The translations under genes were made by a program, and so were the position numbers. A model generated the notes under the pieces. The model was not told where the DNA came from, searched no databases, and worked only from the letters and a program-made list of their open reading frames with translations. A stretch of 64,000 nucleotides of DNA from Antedon mediterranea (Eukaryota; Animalia; Echinodermata), in NCBI RefSeq assembly GCF_964355755.1, contig NC_092680.1, positions 558,001 through 622,000 of the forward strand, read 5' to 3'. This document shows positions 1 to 12,670 of the stretch, piece by piece; position 1 is the first letter of the stretch; the number at the start of each line of letters is the position of its first letter.

Positions 1-752
1 TAGATCTGATAAAGGATTACAAAACACTGATTAAGAATAAGATAATTTTGGTTTTTTTAAATGAAATTTTAATGATAATTTTTTTTTATACTTCTGAAAT
101 TTTAAATATTTTTATCTTTTAGAATTTACATATATACTAATAATAATATTAATACAATGATAATCTTATTTATTAATAAAATAATACTGTATTAATGACA
201 ATACCGATATTACTAATGATATATACAACATGGCAACAACAATGTATTAATAAAAATGATATCAATAATAGTAATAATATAACAAAAATGAACAAGAATA
301 AATCTGATGAATTTGGCATAAAAAATCAACCGAATTCAACTGCTTTTTGTAAAATATTTCTTGGCAAGATTGTTAAAGCTAAATTTGAAGACTGCCAATA
401 AAAATATGAAACAAATAACGTTATGTAGAAATCTCATAATTTATTTCATGCAAAGTAATTTAAAATAATGTGTAAAATATATTAAAATCAATAGTGTAAC
501 ATATAACATTATGACACATAAAAGTATGTATAGATGAGAAATATGTGAAAAATGTTGCTCTTTTGATTGGCAGGGAGGATGCCATGCCATTAGACCACCA
601 GTTCAGTCGTACTATTTACATCCATTGCTTAGCAAAACTCTGGAATTTACAAACACTGGGGCTGGTACAAACTTTTGGAGTTTTGATAGGCGATTGAAAA
701 GGATAGCAACACATTTCACCCTCATTTGTAATAACAAGTATTATAAACTTAC

Positions 753-770
753 TTTCTTCTACCATAGGTC
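753..770 (-). CDS. eya: Candidate 18-nt Eya micro-exon (phase 1-1), adds RPMVEE
   Basis: Minus strand reads ctttctttattctttag|GACCTATGGTAGAAGAAA|gtaagt: strong pyrimidine tract, consensus donor, frame-preserving, 135 nt downstream of exon 906-1056. Confidence 0.65.
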
Positions 771-905
771 CTAAAGAATAAAGAAAGTGTGTAAGATGTA
801 TGGTATATCTCACATAAGACAAACGTTTCACAAAGTAAATAATTAAACAACAAACACCATACATTTTACCTACATAATACATTATAAATAAGAACTTGAA
901 CTTAC

Positions 906-1056
906 TTTCTTCCGGTAGAGGTGCTAATTGGTAGGTTGTAGTTGTAGTGGGAATAGACGATTGTATTGAGCTGTTCATGTAGGATGAATAGCCAGGATAA
1001 TATTGATTTAATGTACTACCATATGCACTTGGATATGTTGCACTATAGTCTAAACC
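906..1056 (-). CDS. eya: Eya exon (151 nt, phase 0-1): GLDYSATYPSAYGSTLNQYYPGYSSYMNSSIQSSIPTTTTTYQLAPLPEE
   Basis: ttcttgtag| acceptor and |gtaagt donor; resembles recalled EYA1 DYPSYPSFGQGQYAQYY...[24 protein letters not shown]. Confidence 0.92.
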
Positions 1057-1550
1057 CTACAAGAATAAATAATGTTACTAATCAAATTTATTATTTACAC
1101 AATTGTCTAGACTCAGAGAAGAAATTGTAAATATGAAATTCACATATTCATGTACCATAAACAGATTTTTTAACAGAAATGTACAATGCTTTACTAAAAT
1201 AATGATAGCAACAAGTTAGACTGGCAGGATATAATGAAGTGAATGGTATTTTCTAATCATCTCAATACATTCCTCTATAATGCCATCACAGGTCAGAAGT
1301 GTTCATATCAATTTTTAAATGCAAGCTTACAAAAATTGTAAGCCTACACATAATCATTCTGCTTACTTAATCTATAATAAATATTAATTATTTAAGTACT
1401 TAGTGATCTTCTCCATTGCGTTCTCCAATCTCGCCACAGGTTTGATAATTTCTAGATTCTGGCAGTGACCAACACATCTATTCGCAAATCAAAAGCTTCC
1501 TAATATTTTAATATAACTGACTCCAAACAAAGTTTAAATGTTGCTATTAC

Positions 1551-1645
1551 CTGTTGTGGAGTACTGCCAAAACCTTGTGTATTTGTTGTTTGTGTATTGC
1601 TTGTTGTTGGGTATGGGTACGCACTTGTACCTGTAAAACTACTTC
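1551..1645 (-). CDS. eya: Eya exon (95 nt, phase 1-0): GSSFTGTSAYPYPTTSNTQTTNTQGFGSTPQQ
   Basis: tttttag| and CAG|gtaata; resembles EYA1 GSSFTTSSGIY...GFNSSQQ; phases fit both neighbours. Confidence 0.92.
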
Positions 1646-1822
1646 CTAAAAACACAATATAATAATAACATAAATGTGAATAAACTTCAAAATAATATCT
1701 AATCAACTTTCTCTATATACAAAATTCATAATTTAGTTGAACAATTTTAAGTTGTATTTGAATTATAGTTATCTAACAAACATTAACATGTACAGTAATT
1801 ATATAATGATAGTAATTTCTAC

Positions 1823-1927
1823 CTGGCATTGAATAAAATGGGTTCTGTGTGCTTGAGAAGCCTGAACCATAGGCAGTTGGAAACGCCTGACTCTGTATCT
1901 GACTTTCTGATTTTAATGAGTTCTTGC
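1823..1927 (-). CDS. eya: Eya exon (105 nt, phase 1-1): GKNSLKSESQIQSQAFPTAYGSGFSSTQNPFYSMP
   Basis: atttacag| and CAG|gtagaa; resembles EYA1 IKTEGGLSQSQ...SYGTSFSTPQ...PYSYQMQ. Confidence 0.9.
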
Positions 1928-2250
1928 CTGTAAATTGTACCAAATAAATATGTTAGTTACAGCCAATGTTCATTTCATTTTTTTCAGGAAAAGGCATTTG
2001 AGATATATTAAGAATGTTTTGGTAAAGTTTGCCACTGAATTATCAGTCAAATGAACAAGAAAGGGAAGAAGGATGAAAAGATCAGAAGAAAAGATGGACA
2101 GAAAGAAGGAGAAAGGTAGGAGAAAGGGCAGAAGGAAGATGGGCAGAAAGAAGAAATGGTGGATGGGCAAAGAAGGAAAATTGACAGAAGGGGAAAGGAA
2201 AATAACAATATATGTTTCTCCTAAATAGTACTGAAAAGTAAAATACACAC

Positions 2251-2411
2251 CTCCATAAGGCATCGCAAGGCCTGAATACGACATTTGGCTGCTTGATTGT
2301 GAAGGGAAGGAGTATGGCGACGGATTACAAGATGTATATGATCCCTGAGGCGTGTTTAAAGGTTGAAAGTTACTGCCTTGTCCTGGTTGAATAATATGTG
2401 GGTAGGCTTGG
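2251..2411 (-). CDS. eya: Eya exon (161 nt, phase 2-1): QAYPHIIQPGQGSNFQPLNTPQGSYTSCNPSPYSFPSQSSSQMSYSGLAMPYG
   Basis: ttcttctttttccag| and GAG|gtgtgt; carries the YPHI motif of Eya proteins near the exon start. Confidence 0.92.
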
Positions 2412-4020
2412 CTGGAAAAAGAAGAAGAAACAGTAAATAGAATGTCAAATTGAAACATTAAATGTTCGTCACATTGAAACATTAAATGTTGTTTTTTAAA
2501 CATATACTCAACTAACTACACAATTATGTCAGTGCACCTTGCATTGGGCTCAATTTAGTCTTAAATCCGAGTTGCAGCTAATCAAAACAAATCCAATCTG
2601 AACACTGGCTACAATTCCCTCTAATTTTACCTAACACTGTCTGCTCAGTAGAAAAGTTGCTGTTAATTCTTGGTAAACTAACCAAGTGCGAACAATGGTT
2701 AAGAGCACCCATAGCCTTCAAGTTCAGTGTGAACAAGACTTAAGTAATTTACTGAATCTGCACTGCATTTCTAACAAAAATCTTCAGAAATAAGTTTGCA
2801 AAACTTTTTTTTTCAAGCAAGGTTCAAGTACCGACAATTTAATAAAATCTAGTGAAAGAATAAGAACTTTTTAAGTAAAGACTGGTGGTGTTATAGACAA
2901 GAATCACTGTCAAATATTTATCTCAAAAATACATTCTGGATAAAATGTGTTTTTCATTCTTTACTTTACTAAATAATTAATTAATTCCCACAGTAAAAAA
3001 ATATACATGTAGAGATGACCTTTAAATCTATAAAAGATAGTAAATGCAATAAACAATATATTATCCTCACTAGAGTGTTTATTTATATCTGACCTGAAAT
3101 ATAATAACAGACACTGTATGATCAAGTTATAATAATAATAATGGATTTATTATAATAAATTGTTAATTAAATATCTTAAAAAGATTAAATGGTTTCAGGA
3201 TGGATAAAAAAAATTAATGAAAAAATAAATTCCATTGAAATTATATATAGTAATCATTTTTAAATTATTAAATATAAACAAATATTGATTTTCTTTGATA
3301 AACTAAATGAACTTCTTTTTTTTCTACTTATCACAACAAACTAACAGTGGCAAAACAGTGGCAAAAGGAAATATACACCATCACATGATCCATGCTTATG
3401 TTGCAAATAATCAGTTAAAAATTATCATAATTTTTGGGTTATTATTATTAATATACCAATAAAAATATATTAAATATTATTTAATCTTTCTACGAAAACT
3501 TAAAAAAACCGAGTTAAAAATAATACCTGAACAGAAATTATTTCTCCAAGTTCTGAATTAAACTAGTCCCTCTCACAGCAGGAAAACATATGATTTATTT
3601 ACGAAATTGTTATTAATGATAATCTATTCATTAGCCTCATTAGCACGTTCCTTCTGATTGGTTCATTGGTTGTAGTCTATACTCAATTGGTCATGCTTAA
3701 TTATTTACACAGCGGCAAATTAGATTAGAAGAACTGCCAGCTCCATTTGATTCAACAAAAATAAAATTAACTCTGCCAATTAACAGATAAATTAGTTATT
3801 ACAATTTTAAGATTACAAAATGGGAAACTAACTAAAGCTGTACAGTAAGAAACTATTAGTATCATTTTAGAGTAATAATTCATATAAATCACAAAATCAT
3901 AAATTAATATTCTCTTTTATATTTCCAGTACTCTGGTATTAAATCAAATATGGAATCTGAGACCCATAAATAATTTACAGCAAAAACAAATTCAAGTGTA
4001 AAATAAAGAAAATTGTGTAC

Positions 4021-4108
4021 CTTCCAAAATACTGGGTTGCCGAATATTCACTTTTTGTCCGTAAATTCATGTCCAATGAACTTTGACCTGTAATACCGTT
4101 ACTTGACC
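4021..4108 (-). CDS. eya: Eya exon (88 nt, phase 1-2): GSSNGITGQSSLDMNLRTKSEYSATQYFGS
   Basis: cattttctag| and AAG|gtacac; open in the frame required to join exon 7128-7214 to exon 2251-2411. Confidence 0.82.
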
Positions 4109-5620
4109 CTAGAAAATGTGAAAATGGAAATGTAAAACATTTTATAATTCATGTTCATACCAGTAAAAACTTTTGGAAACGTAAATAAATACAAGATGAA
4201 TATTTTGGATTAATGCGTTTGAATCACTCAAGCTGAATTAATAACATTTTGGTGACAATATAATTCAATGTTTTTTTAATAATCTGAATGAACAATTTCA
4301 TCATCATACATTTTGTTGTTTTGTCACAATCATCAGATTGTAATAATTACATCATTAATTATATTAATTACAGATTACAAACTGGAAGAACAATATTCCT
4401 TAAACCCTATTCATAAACAAAGACTATAGTACAACCTCTTCAATACTGGCTAACCAATGAGTATCATAAGGTCATGCACTGTTTGGTGGGGACACCATAG
4501 GTCAACCGCTGCCAATTACTGTATATTACCAAATCTCATTTATTAGCTGTTTTGATCAGCACTATCTATGTTATTTCTTAAAATCAAAAGACAATTAACA
4601 GCTATAATAACATGCAGTTTTTTTATTAATTATTTCTCGGTTTTCGGAGATGTTTGGGCCTACTTGTTGTAAAACAAAAAATAGTGCAGTACTAGGGTAA
4701 GGGAACTCTTGTTAAAAAGTGTAAGTAATGGGTTAAAAACGATCTGAAAAGGTTAATTATTATCTCGCACGAGGTAAATAAGGACCATCATTAGTATTTA
4801 TATCACGTAAAAAAACAGCAACGCTAATTGTTAATGCGTGATTGTTACTGTGCAAAACAAAAATTATGCAAATGTGATTTGATTAGTCCTAGCTAATTAA
4901 TGCAAACAGTTGGTCAGTTTTGCTTGAGTGACCTAAAGGTCATGAGAAAGAAACTACAGAATCGGTCTCTGTTCCCATCTGTAACTCGATAGTAGCGGAA
5001 AGAAATCATCGGCCTACGACTCTTTATTTGCGGTTTCACTGTCTGCATGCTGACGATTGGACAGAGATAACCGGTGCTTTACAGTAGGCCAGCATCAGAC
5101 CTTCATAATAAACAGACTTAGCTCATCAATTTCGTGTCGCTTCAGTAGGCAGCAAAGGACATTATGTCAGGCTAACATCACAGGAACAATTAACTATTAT
5201 ACCAGAAAGATACTACTTTAAAAATGACAATTAAACTATCCAGCCTAAAAGGCATAAATTAATGAATATTTTAAAACTGTATATTCAAAATTTGAATTGC
5301 AAACCTACTAATATTTTTATAAATCAAAATCGATATTCCAATATAAATAAAACTTGGGTTTGAAATGAAATTTTAATTTTGTTTAAAATTCAAAATATTC
5401 TCAAATTTAACAGAAGGAACTATTAAAGCAAACAACTTCCTGTGTTATCCATTATATTATGATATGATTTACAATCTTATTTAAATAATAAAGTAATAAA
5501 ATATCATCAATTATTAGCAGGAAACTTAAATTTAATTGTAATAATTTATTATATTATTTTAAACAAATAATAGTTATCTAAAATAATTATTAACATTTAC
5601 ATAGCTTAATAATTTCTTCT

Positions 5621-5874
5621 CAGTGACGGATCCAGAAAGGTTTTGTTTATGTACATATAAAATTAATAAAGGACAAAATCGGTGTGGGAGCTGTAAATTT
5701 GTTTAATTTTGTTTCTTCGCCAGGACCGCTAGAGGTCGTAGGTTGTAACATTATTATACGTAAATTAGCAACATTAGACGTAGTATACCTCTGCTTTAAA
5801 AAAAATATTTGTTGTAATTTTTAAATTTAAAAAAAAGAGTTGAATTGAGTTGTCCCTTTCTGGTTCCGCCACTG
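5621..5874. mobile_element. hAT-like MITE (254 bp)
   Basis: 20-bp TIRs CAGTGACGGATCCAGAAAGG / CCTTTCTGGTTCCGCCACTG (18/20 match); no clear 8-bp TSD. Confidence 0.7.
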
Positions 5875-6075
5875 CTACTGAAGTGATGCAACTAAATCTA
5901 TCAAGAAGCACATGATATACATGCAGCAGACTAGTAAAAGTAGTGAATCTGTGGATATTTGGAGGTAATGAAAATGAATGGATAAAGGGTTTTTATGGAC
6001 TGACGACAGATAGATAAGCAGTAAACCACTATGTATACTGAAACTTAAAGGTAAATTACTTAAAACATAATTTAA

Positions 6076-6221
6076 ATCTCTGTCTACACCATCAAACTTT
6101 ATGTGACAAAAAATGGGATGTACCTATATATGGACATGATGATGTCATATCACTACCATAATTGGGTATATCACTATCATATTTGGGAACATCACAATTT
6201 TTTTATAGTGCAGACAGAGCT
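6076..6221 (+). mobile_element. PIF/Harbinger (Tourist-like) MITE, copy 1
   Basis: TIRs ATCTCTGTCTACAC...GTGCAGACAGAGCT, TAA duplicated on both sides; second copy at 50758-50890. Confidence 0.8.
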
Positions 6222-6381
6222 TAACACGGGCATTCATTACTTTATTGATAAATTTACCAATTTACTAAACTTAATTTTGAAAAGTGGACATTTGGTAGGC
6301 ATACAGTTGAATCCATATTAAAGACAGGAAAGTGTTGTCATATTAAAAGGTATTTATTGTAGTGTCACTATAACTTCATTA

Positions 6382-6563
6382 TATCTTTCTCTTTATGTTT
6401 TACTGTAGTAAAATGGCTCTCTTATGTTATCTTTCTCTTTATGTTTTACTGTAGTAAAATGGCTCTCTTATGTTATCTTTCTCTTTATGTTTTACTGTAG
6501 TAAAATGGCTCTCTTATGTTATCTTTCTCTTTATGTTTTACTGTAGTAAAATGGCTCTCTTAT
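6382..6563. repeat. 46-bp minisatellite, about 4 copies
   Basis: Unit tatctttctctttatgttttactgtagtaaaatggctctcttatgt starting at 6382, 6428, 6474, 6520. Confidence 0.95.
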
Positions 6564-7127
6564 TAGGTTTATCCCTCCTTCCCCAATAGACCTGCCCAAA
6601 GGATGGAATCGTTATTGCTAGCTTGCTGGTTTAATTGTTTACCCCTTGCATTTAAAATTAAATATTCTAGATCAATAATTGGAAAATTCATTTATTTTAT
6701 AGGCCAATATTCTTATAAGGAAACTAATATTTAATTTTTTTCATCTAATACTAGTTTTGTTTTAGCTGTTCTTACTACACACTTAATTAATAAAAATTGA
6801 AAACAGATAATTTTAAATTGCAAAAGGTTTTGACAATAATGGTTTTGAACATAATTGTTCTCTCTATATTCTCAATGTATTAAAATTAGAGATATGAATA
6901 TCTATATATACTCCAACAACTTGTATATATTGTACTTTAATCTACATTTTAAATGTTAGCTTAAAACTATTATTAGAATGGCAGGAAGTGGTAATGGACG
7001 ATAAAAAAATGATACAAATATTAATTATGATTACTGAGTATTATGCAGGGATCGAGCCTATTGATGAGAAGAGCAATGCTTGAACAAACCACTTCAATCT
7101 GACGCCAAGGCATGCAATGCCTCTCAC

Positions 7128-7214
7128 CTGTGAAGTTTTCTAAACGATCGTGGAAAGCACCCCCAACAGTAGAGGAGGTGGGTGTTGCGCAATGGCTAAT
7201 AGGTTCAGACTTGA
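7128..7214 (-). CDS. eya: Eya exon (87 nt, phase 1-1): IKSEPISHCATPTSSTVGGAFHDRLENFT
   Basis: ctctcaccag| and CAG|gtgaga; resembles EYA1 [25 protein letters not shown]. Confidence 0.9.
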
Positions 7215-7300
7215 CTGGTGAGAGGTTTAAAAGAAGAAATAGCAATAACAAATTGAGAAATTATAAAGGCACATATGATGAACATATAATATAATTATAT

Positions 7301-8060
7301 AATTCAATTCAACTTTATTTCAGACAAACTGTCCCTATGATACATATTACATTGAAAAAAACAAAGAAATACAAAGCATTATATATGACAACTGTTATGG
7401 AGAGAGGACCAAGAATGATAACATATAATATGTATATTAATAAAATAAAACATTTACAGAATGTTGTGACAATATAAATGTTGAGAATGGATGTACCAAT
7501 ACGTAAGTGAAGCAGATTTGTTTGTATACAGAATACAAAGTGTACTCTATGATGAGTGTACTTGTACACTTATTGTGCACTAAAAAAAAAAGTAATCAAC
7601 ATTGTTGACATGTCGTTAACCTTATCTCACTTGCATCATTATAATTAATTAAGCAAATAGTAATCACCCATTGAAGGTTAATTAATAAACAGGAAATGTA
7701 ATTAAACTGTTTAATCATCATTATTATTGAGGTGTGATTTATTATATTTTGCTATAAAACGTAAGTGTAATAATAACTGTTGATTTATTTAACTGTTTTG
7801 TATGTTGTGTCATTCTGATTACCAAAAGGGGACAGAACAGAGACAGTATACTTTAAATAAGAAATAATATAAAATAGTTAAAAACAATTTGGATAATATG
7901 GAAGATTTTTCAAATCTAAATATATCTAGTAATGTTATAATACTTTGAAAGAGATAAGACAACAATATATTGTACTCACTAGTTGTGGAGTTGGAAAGAT
8001 TATTCCAGCAGTTTGTAGAATCTGTTAGACTTGTGGATTCAACAGTTGTTGCCATTGGAA
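7301..8060 (-). mobile_element. Possible degenerate LINE (CR1/L2 group) 3' end
   Basis: Minus-strand tail gtctgaaataaagttgaattgaatt ends at ~7301; NCWNNLSNS near 8000 resembles the ORF2 C-terminal WNxLP motif. Boundaries uncertain. Confidence 0.4.
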
Positions 8061-9570
8061 CATGGTTAGCTACAAAAACAACGAAGAAACATTGTTAGGA
8101 AAATTGAAAGTAAATTAGATATAGAAAAAATGAAAAGGTATAAATATCCAAAGGAAAAAAAGCAAAAAGACCTAGGTCCACATGAAAAACAATGAGGAAA
8201 TACCAAAGTATAGATCCTCATAAAGAAAGCAGTGTGTGTGTGGGTGGAAGCATAAAGAAATGAGCATGTAAAGTGCGACAACAAAATGTGTTTTAAACAA
8301 ATACACAATACTTTACATGTCCAAAACTTTAAAACATATAATAACATATTCCGGTATAATAAAAAATGCTGACAAAAGGAATCGAAGCCCCAATGTAGCC
8401 TGCCGTCACATGACAGAGAGGGGTCAAAATACTATTTATAGTAAATTATTGGAATCAACATTCTCTTCTAATTACACCTTACCAATTGAACCTATCTCTC
8501 TACATTTGTAAATAAAATACAGCAACATTACATTACATTTATGAAAAATAAAAAATATAAATAGAAACCTAGGTCAACACTGATGATTGAGGTCATCTTG
8601 GATATGTGTGAGGGTTGCAATGCTCATTTTTAAATTCAATTACTGTACTTTATTTTTAAATCTAACTATTATTACTACTAGTATTTATTTCTTGCAAAAT
8701 AAATCACTTTGATAGGTAGGACAAAGAATACAGATATGATTTTATACTACAGAGTTTTAATAAACTGAATTATGATACCCTTTTACCCATAAATTACAAG
8801 TTCACATCCCTGAACAAAAACTATGCATAATACATAAATAACATAAGCAATTGTAGCCTAAATTTATAAAGGTCATGTATGTAATTATTGACAAAGCAAT
8901 TGTCCTCCTATACTAAAATATTAAATGGATACCCTTCCATGAGAATTAACAGAAGAGTGGACAGGTCAACAATAAGGCCCACAGATGACTGCACAGCAAC
9001 ACATGTTGCAGTCCAGTAACTGACAACTGATATAGATCAACAATGACCACAACTTTGGTCAGTTATTTTCATAAGAAATTCATAGCATATTTTCAATTTA
9101 TTAAAATAAAAACAAATTTCAAAAAAATAATAAAATGATAAAATAACCAACTAAATTTTGCATTAAATTTCAGGTAGAATAGTACATTCTGTATGTTCTT
9201 ATGCAATTATAAACAATGTATTTGAATAATAATAAACATAAACAATGAGAAATTAATTAGAGAATTGATGAATACATTAAAAGACAAAGGGTCATCCAGC
9301 TTCTCTAATAATGAAAATAGAATTTCACAATTGTCTGTGTATAAACATGAGGACATATTTTTTACTGAGGGTTTTCATCAAGATGAATCAATGGATGATG
9401 GATGATGGTACTTTTATCTTAATATTATATGGCTTAGCCCCACGCGCCTGGGTACAAACTTTGGTATTAGGTAGTGGGAGTATACTCTATAAACAGTAAA
9501 TTACGATACAATATTATTTATTGTAATTTTAACAATGAGGTACAATTTGGTAAATTAAAATAGTACTTAC

Positions 9571-9689
9571 TACTATTGCCATTAGGTGTTATCGTACACA
9601 CTGAACCATTTGGGCTTGTGTGGTTAGCTGGACTTGAATGACCTGTAGATACTTGCCCTGGGCTACCAAGTTGCCCTATTTCCATAGAC
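9571..9689 (-). CDS. eya: Eya exon (119 nt, phase 2-1): (R)SMEIGQLGSPGQVSTGHSSPANHTSPNGSVCTITPNGNS; ATG at 9685-9683
   Basis: ttttcgttaag|GTCTATGGAA... and |gtaagt; resembles EYA1/4 RSMEMQDLxSP...TPNGT. Confidence 0.9.
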
Positions 9690-10883
9690 CTTAACGAAAA
9701 GAAAATATTTATAAATTAAAAATCATTAAATTGACATATATATATATATTGAAATATTTTATACAGTAGGCTTCTGTACAGTTTATACTTGTTTGACAAA
9801 ATAAGTAGCTAGAATATTAATTCAATATATTTATAACAATAAACATTTCCTGGACAATTAAAACACCAATTCCTAGTCAGATTCCCGGAACTGCTACTGG
9901 ATTAGATATTTATTTGTAGTTCAGATATTTTTCAGTTACATACTTCCCGGATTTTGACATTAAAAGTGCATATATGTATACAGCTGATAATGAATATTAC
10001 AAAACACTCAACTTGTACTTAAATGATAATAAATAATACTTAAATAGAGTTGAATAACAATTAGAGAAACAATCAACTCTCTTAACCCCAAAATGTCCGG
10101 TTTTCAATTCGTAGGGAAATATATTACAAAACCTACAGTGGTTTTAGAAGTTACCTGGACAAAGTTATTCAACAATAAGAGTTGTATGGTGAAAATGAGC
10201 AGTCTGCAGTAGTGTGTATTAGTCACTTTTATCATTGTTCTCTCACTTCGAAGAGAAAGGCTAATGTTGGTTTATCCAGGTAAGCTAGGCACGCAATAGA
10301 CTTAGCACTTTTTGAACAAAGAAAATTGTAAAGCTCCAGGAGGTTCTCATTTTCGTAAAAATGTTACAATGATTAAACAAACCATGGAAAAACGAAATAA
10401 AAATCTCAATTAATTAAGGAGATTTTAAGAGGACAACGGTTATCTTAAGGACAATGAGAAATGGTTTATTGTAAGTACTGCTGGTATCATAAACGTTTAA
10501 AATGATTCAACGATTTCCTTGACAATTATGAGGGCTTGTCTAAAGTAGAATACCAAACTAATAAATAGGAACAACGATAAGATGTACTTCCTTTATAACA
10601 ATGCAATTGGTATAGCAATTATCAATAGATACTATAACCTATAACCACAATATTTTGTCCACATTACTATCCAGGGTCCCACAGGTTACAATCACTTATG
10701 ATCTCTGTTACCTTATCTTTAATTCGTTCTTATAATATTTTATATTAAATAAAATCAAACTTGGAACCAGTTTAACAGAATGAATTCTGGGAATTAACCA
10801 TGGTTTCAGAATGTTAAAAAGGACCTTAAAATACATCTTTTTCCTGTTGTATTATTATCTCTTCTGTCTGTTGGCTGTGCTAA

Positions 10884-11440
10884 ATTTTATCAGTATACAT
10901 GGACTGAAACTATGGAACGAGCTCTGTAGAAATCACTTAGATATTGTTAACAAAAATTATAAAATATTAAAAAAATATGTAAAAAGAGACATTTTATCGA
11001 ATTACAGAACTTAAAATGCTTCACTCAAAAAATATATATGCATATATTATGCGTTGTGTTGGTGTGTGCGAGTATACACACATAGCCTGTTTTATATTAT
11101 ATGTATTCATACTTTTGCTATAATATATAGGCCTAAAGAATGAATTCACATGTACTGGAAGTAATAAACTGAATATCTTCTTTTTTAAGAAAAAATGTAT
11201 AAATAATCATGTTAGAAAAACACTATCGCTTTTTGATGATGAACAACTCTAAAATGTATATAGGAAATGTTTTTTTATTTTGCATCTATTATGTTTTGTT
11301 TATTGTTTTATGTTTTTTTATGTAAAAGGGTCCTGCGAAAACAGAAGTGTAAACTTCTCTATGCAGGATCCTTGCCATCATTTATGCTATGAAACTATAT
11401 TTATAAAGGATGAGTAAATAAATGTGAACTAAATAAATTA
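10884..11440 (+). mobile_element. 5'-truncated CR1/L2 (Crack-like) LINE 3' end
   Basis: Peptide FISIHGLKLWNELCRN...KILKKYVKRDILSNY resembles the ORF2 C-terminus; 3' UTR stem-loop aagggtcctgc...gcaggatcctt (11326-11373); AATAAA tail. Confidence 0.7.
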
Positions 11441-12594
11441 AAATACTTTAATAGTATCCAATTTAAACTTTAAATTGTAAATATTGTTTTTGAGTTTTTT
11501 CGAGAAACAAGCTTCATACTTTTATTAGATCACAGATATAATAACTTATAAAAACAGTTTTGTCTGTCGCCCTTTTGTAAAAATTTAAGTTCAAACTTTT
11601 TAATGAAAAATGTAGTTTCCTTCAAAGAAGGAATCAAAATTCTAGCCAGTGAACAGTATTGACAAAAATCATAGAAAACAAAATGACACAAACAGCACAT
11701 ATCCTTATTTATGGTATTTGTTCAAGTTAGTCGGTATTACAATAATAAAATCATAAATGTGGTTACATGAAAGTATAAATATGTTTTTTTTTTAAAGAAA
11801 TACATGAGGAAATTATGCAAGAAAACTATACAATGCAGAGTGTAAGATAAACAAGATAACATAAGATCAGACCACATGAAAACAGGATGTGTGGAAAGAT
11901 TAAAAGTGTAACTGTAAGATGTAAGAAAGGAGGCTAGAAAACCATATTGGTCAAATAAAGTAGGTCACAAACTACGGAATGATATTATTGCCCAATTTCT
12001 CTGAATTACAAATTTTACCATCAACAAAAATTACTAATCAACCTAGCTTTAAAGGTACAGATGAACTCGATGCTTTGATTTTGAATGGTAATACTTTATT
12101 GGTGATACCAGTTAAATTTTTGTCAACAATTTTATCACAAAGAAAAAATGTATGTAGAGATTATTCAGCACCAGTTTTGTTTCAACCTCTATGGTAGAGG
12201 AAGATGCGTTTTAGTAAAAGCACTTCACTTTGGCAGATTCTATTATGAGGGGGGGGGGGGGGTGTCCAAATTATAGTGTCATTGAGAGAGAATTTGGTTC
12301 AGTTTTTCAAGTAAGCAGCCAAAGCATTCTTACTACTGTATTAATAGTGTGTTATAAACAGTGAGAAAGCAACCAAATGCATAAAAAATATCTTTACCAA
12401 TGTAATACTGTTTTACAGTAAGGAAAAGTTCAAATATCCCATCCCTCATTTGTTTTAAGTGTGGTAAACCTAATAACCCACATCCTATTGAAGGCAAAGG
12501 AGCTTGGTAAAAATACAGAGAAAAATACACATCTGAAACAATACTCATTTTCAAAATCACCTCATTCAATATCAGTCCCCCTTCCCAAACTCAC

Positions 12595-12670
12595 CCTTTG
12601 CAAACTCACCCCCTTTGCAAACACGCCCCTTTGCAAACTCACCGCTTTGCAAACTTAACCCTTACCAAAC
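12595..12670. repeat. Degenerate 15-17-bp tandem repeat (caaactcacc(c)tttg)
   Basis: About 4 imperfect copies. Confidence 0.8.

Noticed and set aside
616-752. ORF continuation ...YPFQSPIKTPKV, superficially like Eya SPSTPIK
   Set aside because: No usable AG acceptor in front of it and the frame ends in a stop; read-through of intron sequence.
1970-2503. 177-aa ORF with hydrophobic tail
   Set aside because: Exon 2251-2411 plus flanking intron; the F/L-rich tail is the translated pyrimidine tract.
7830-8350. Possible piggyBac transposase relic on the plus strand
   Set aside because: No catalytic motif, TIRs or TTAA duplication; the minus-strand LINE reading fits slightly better.
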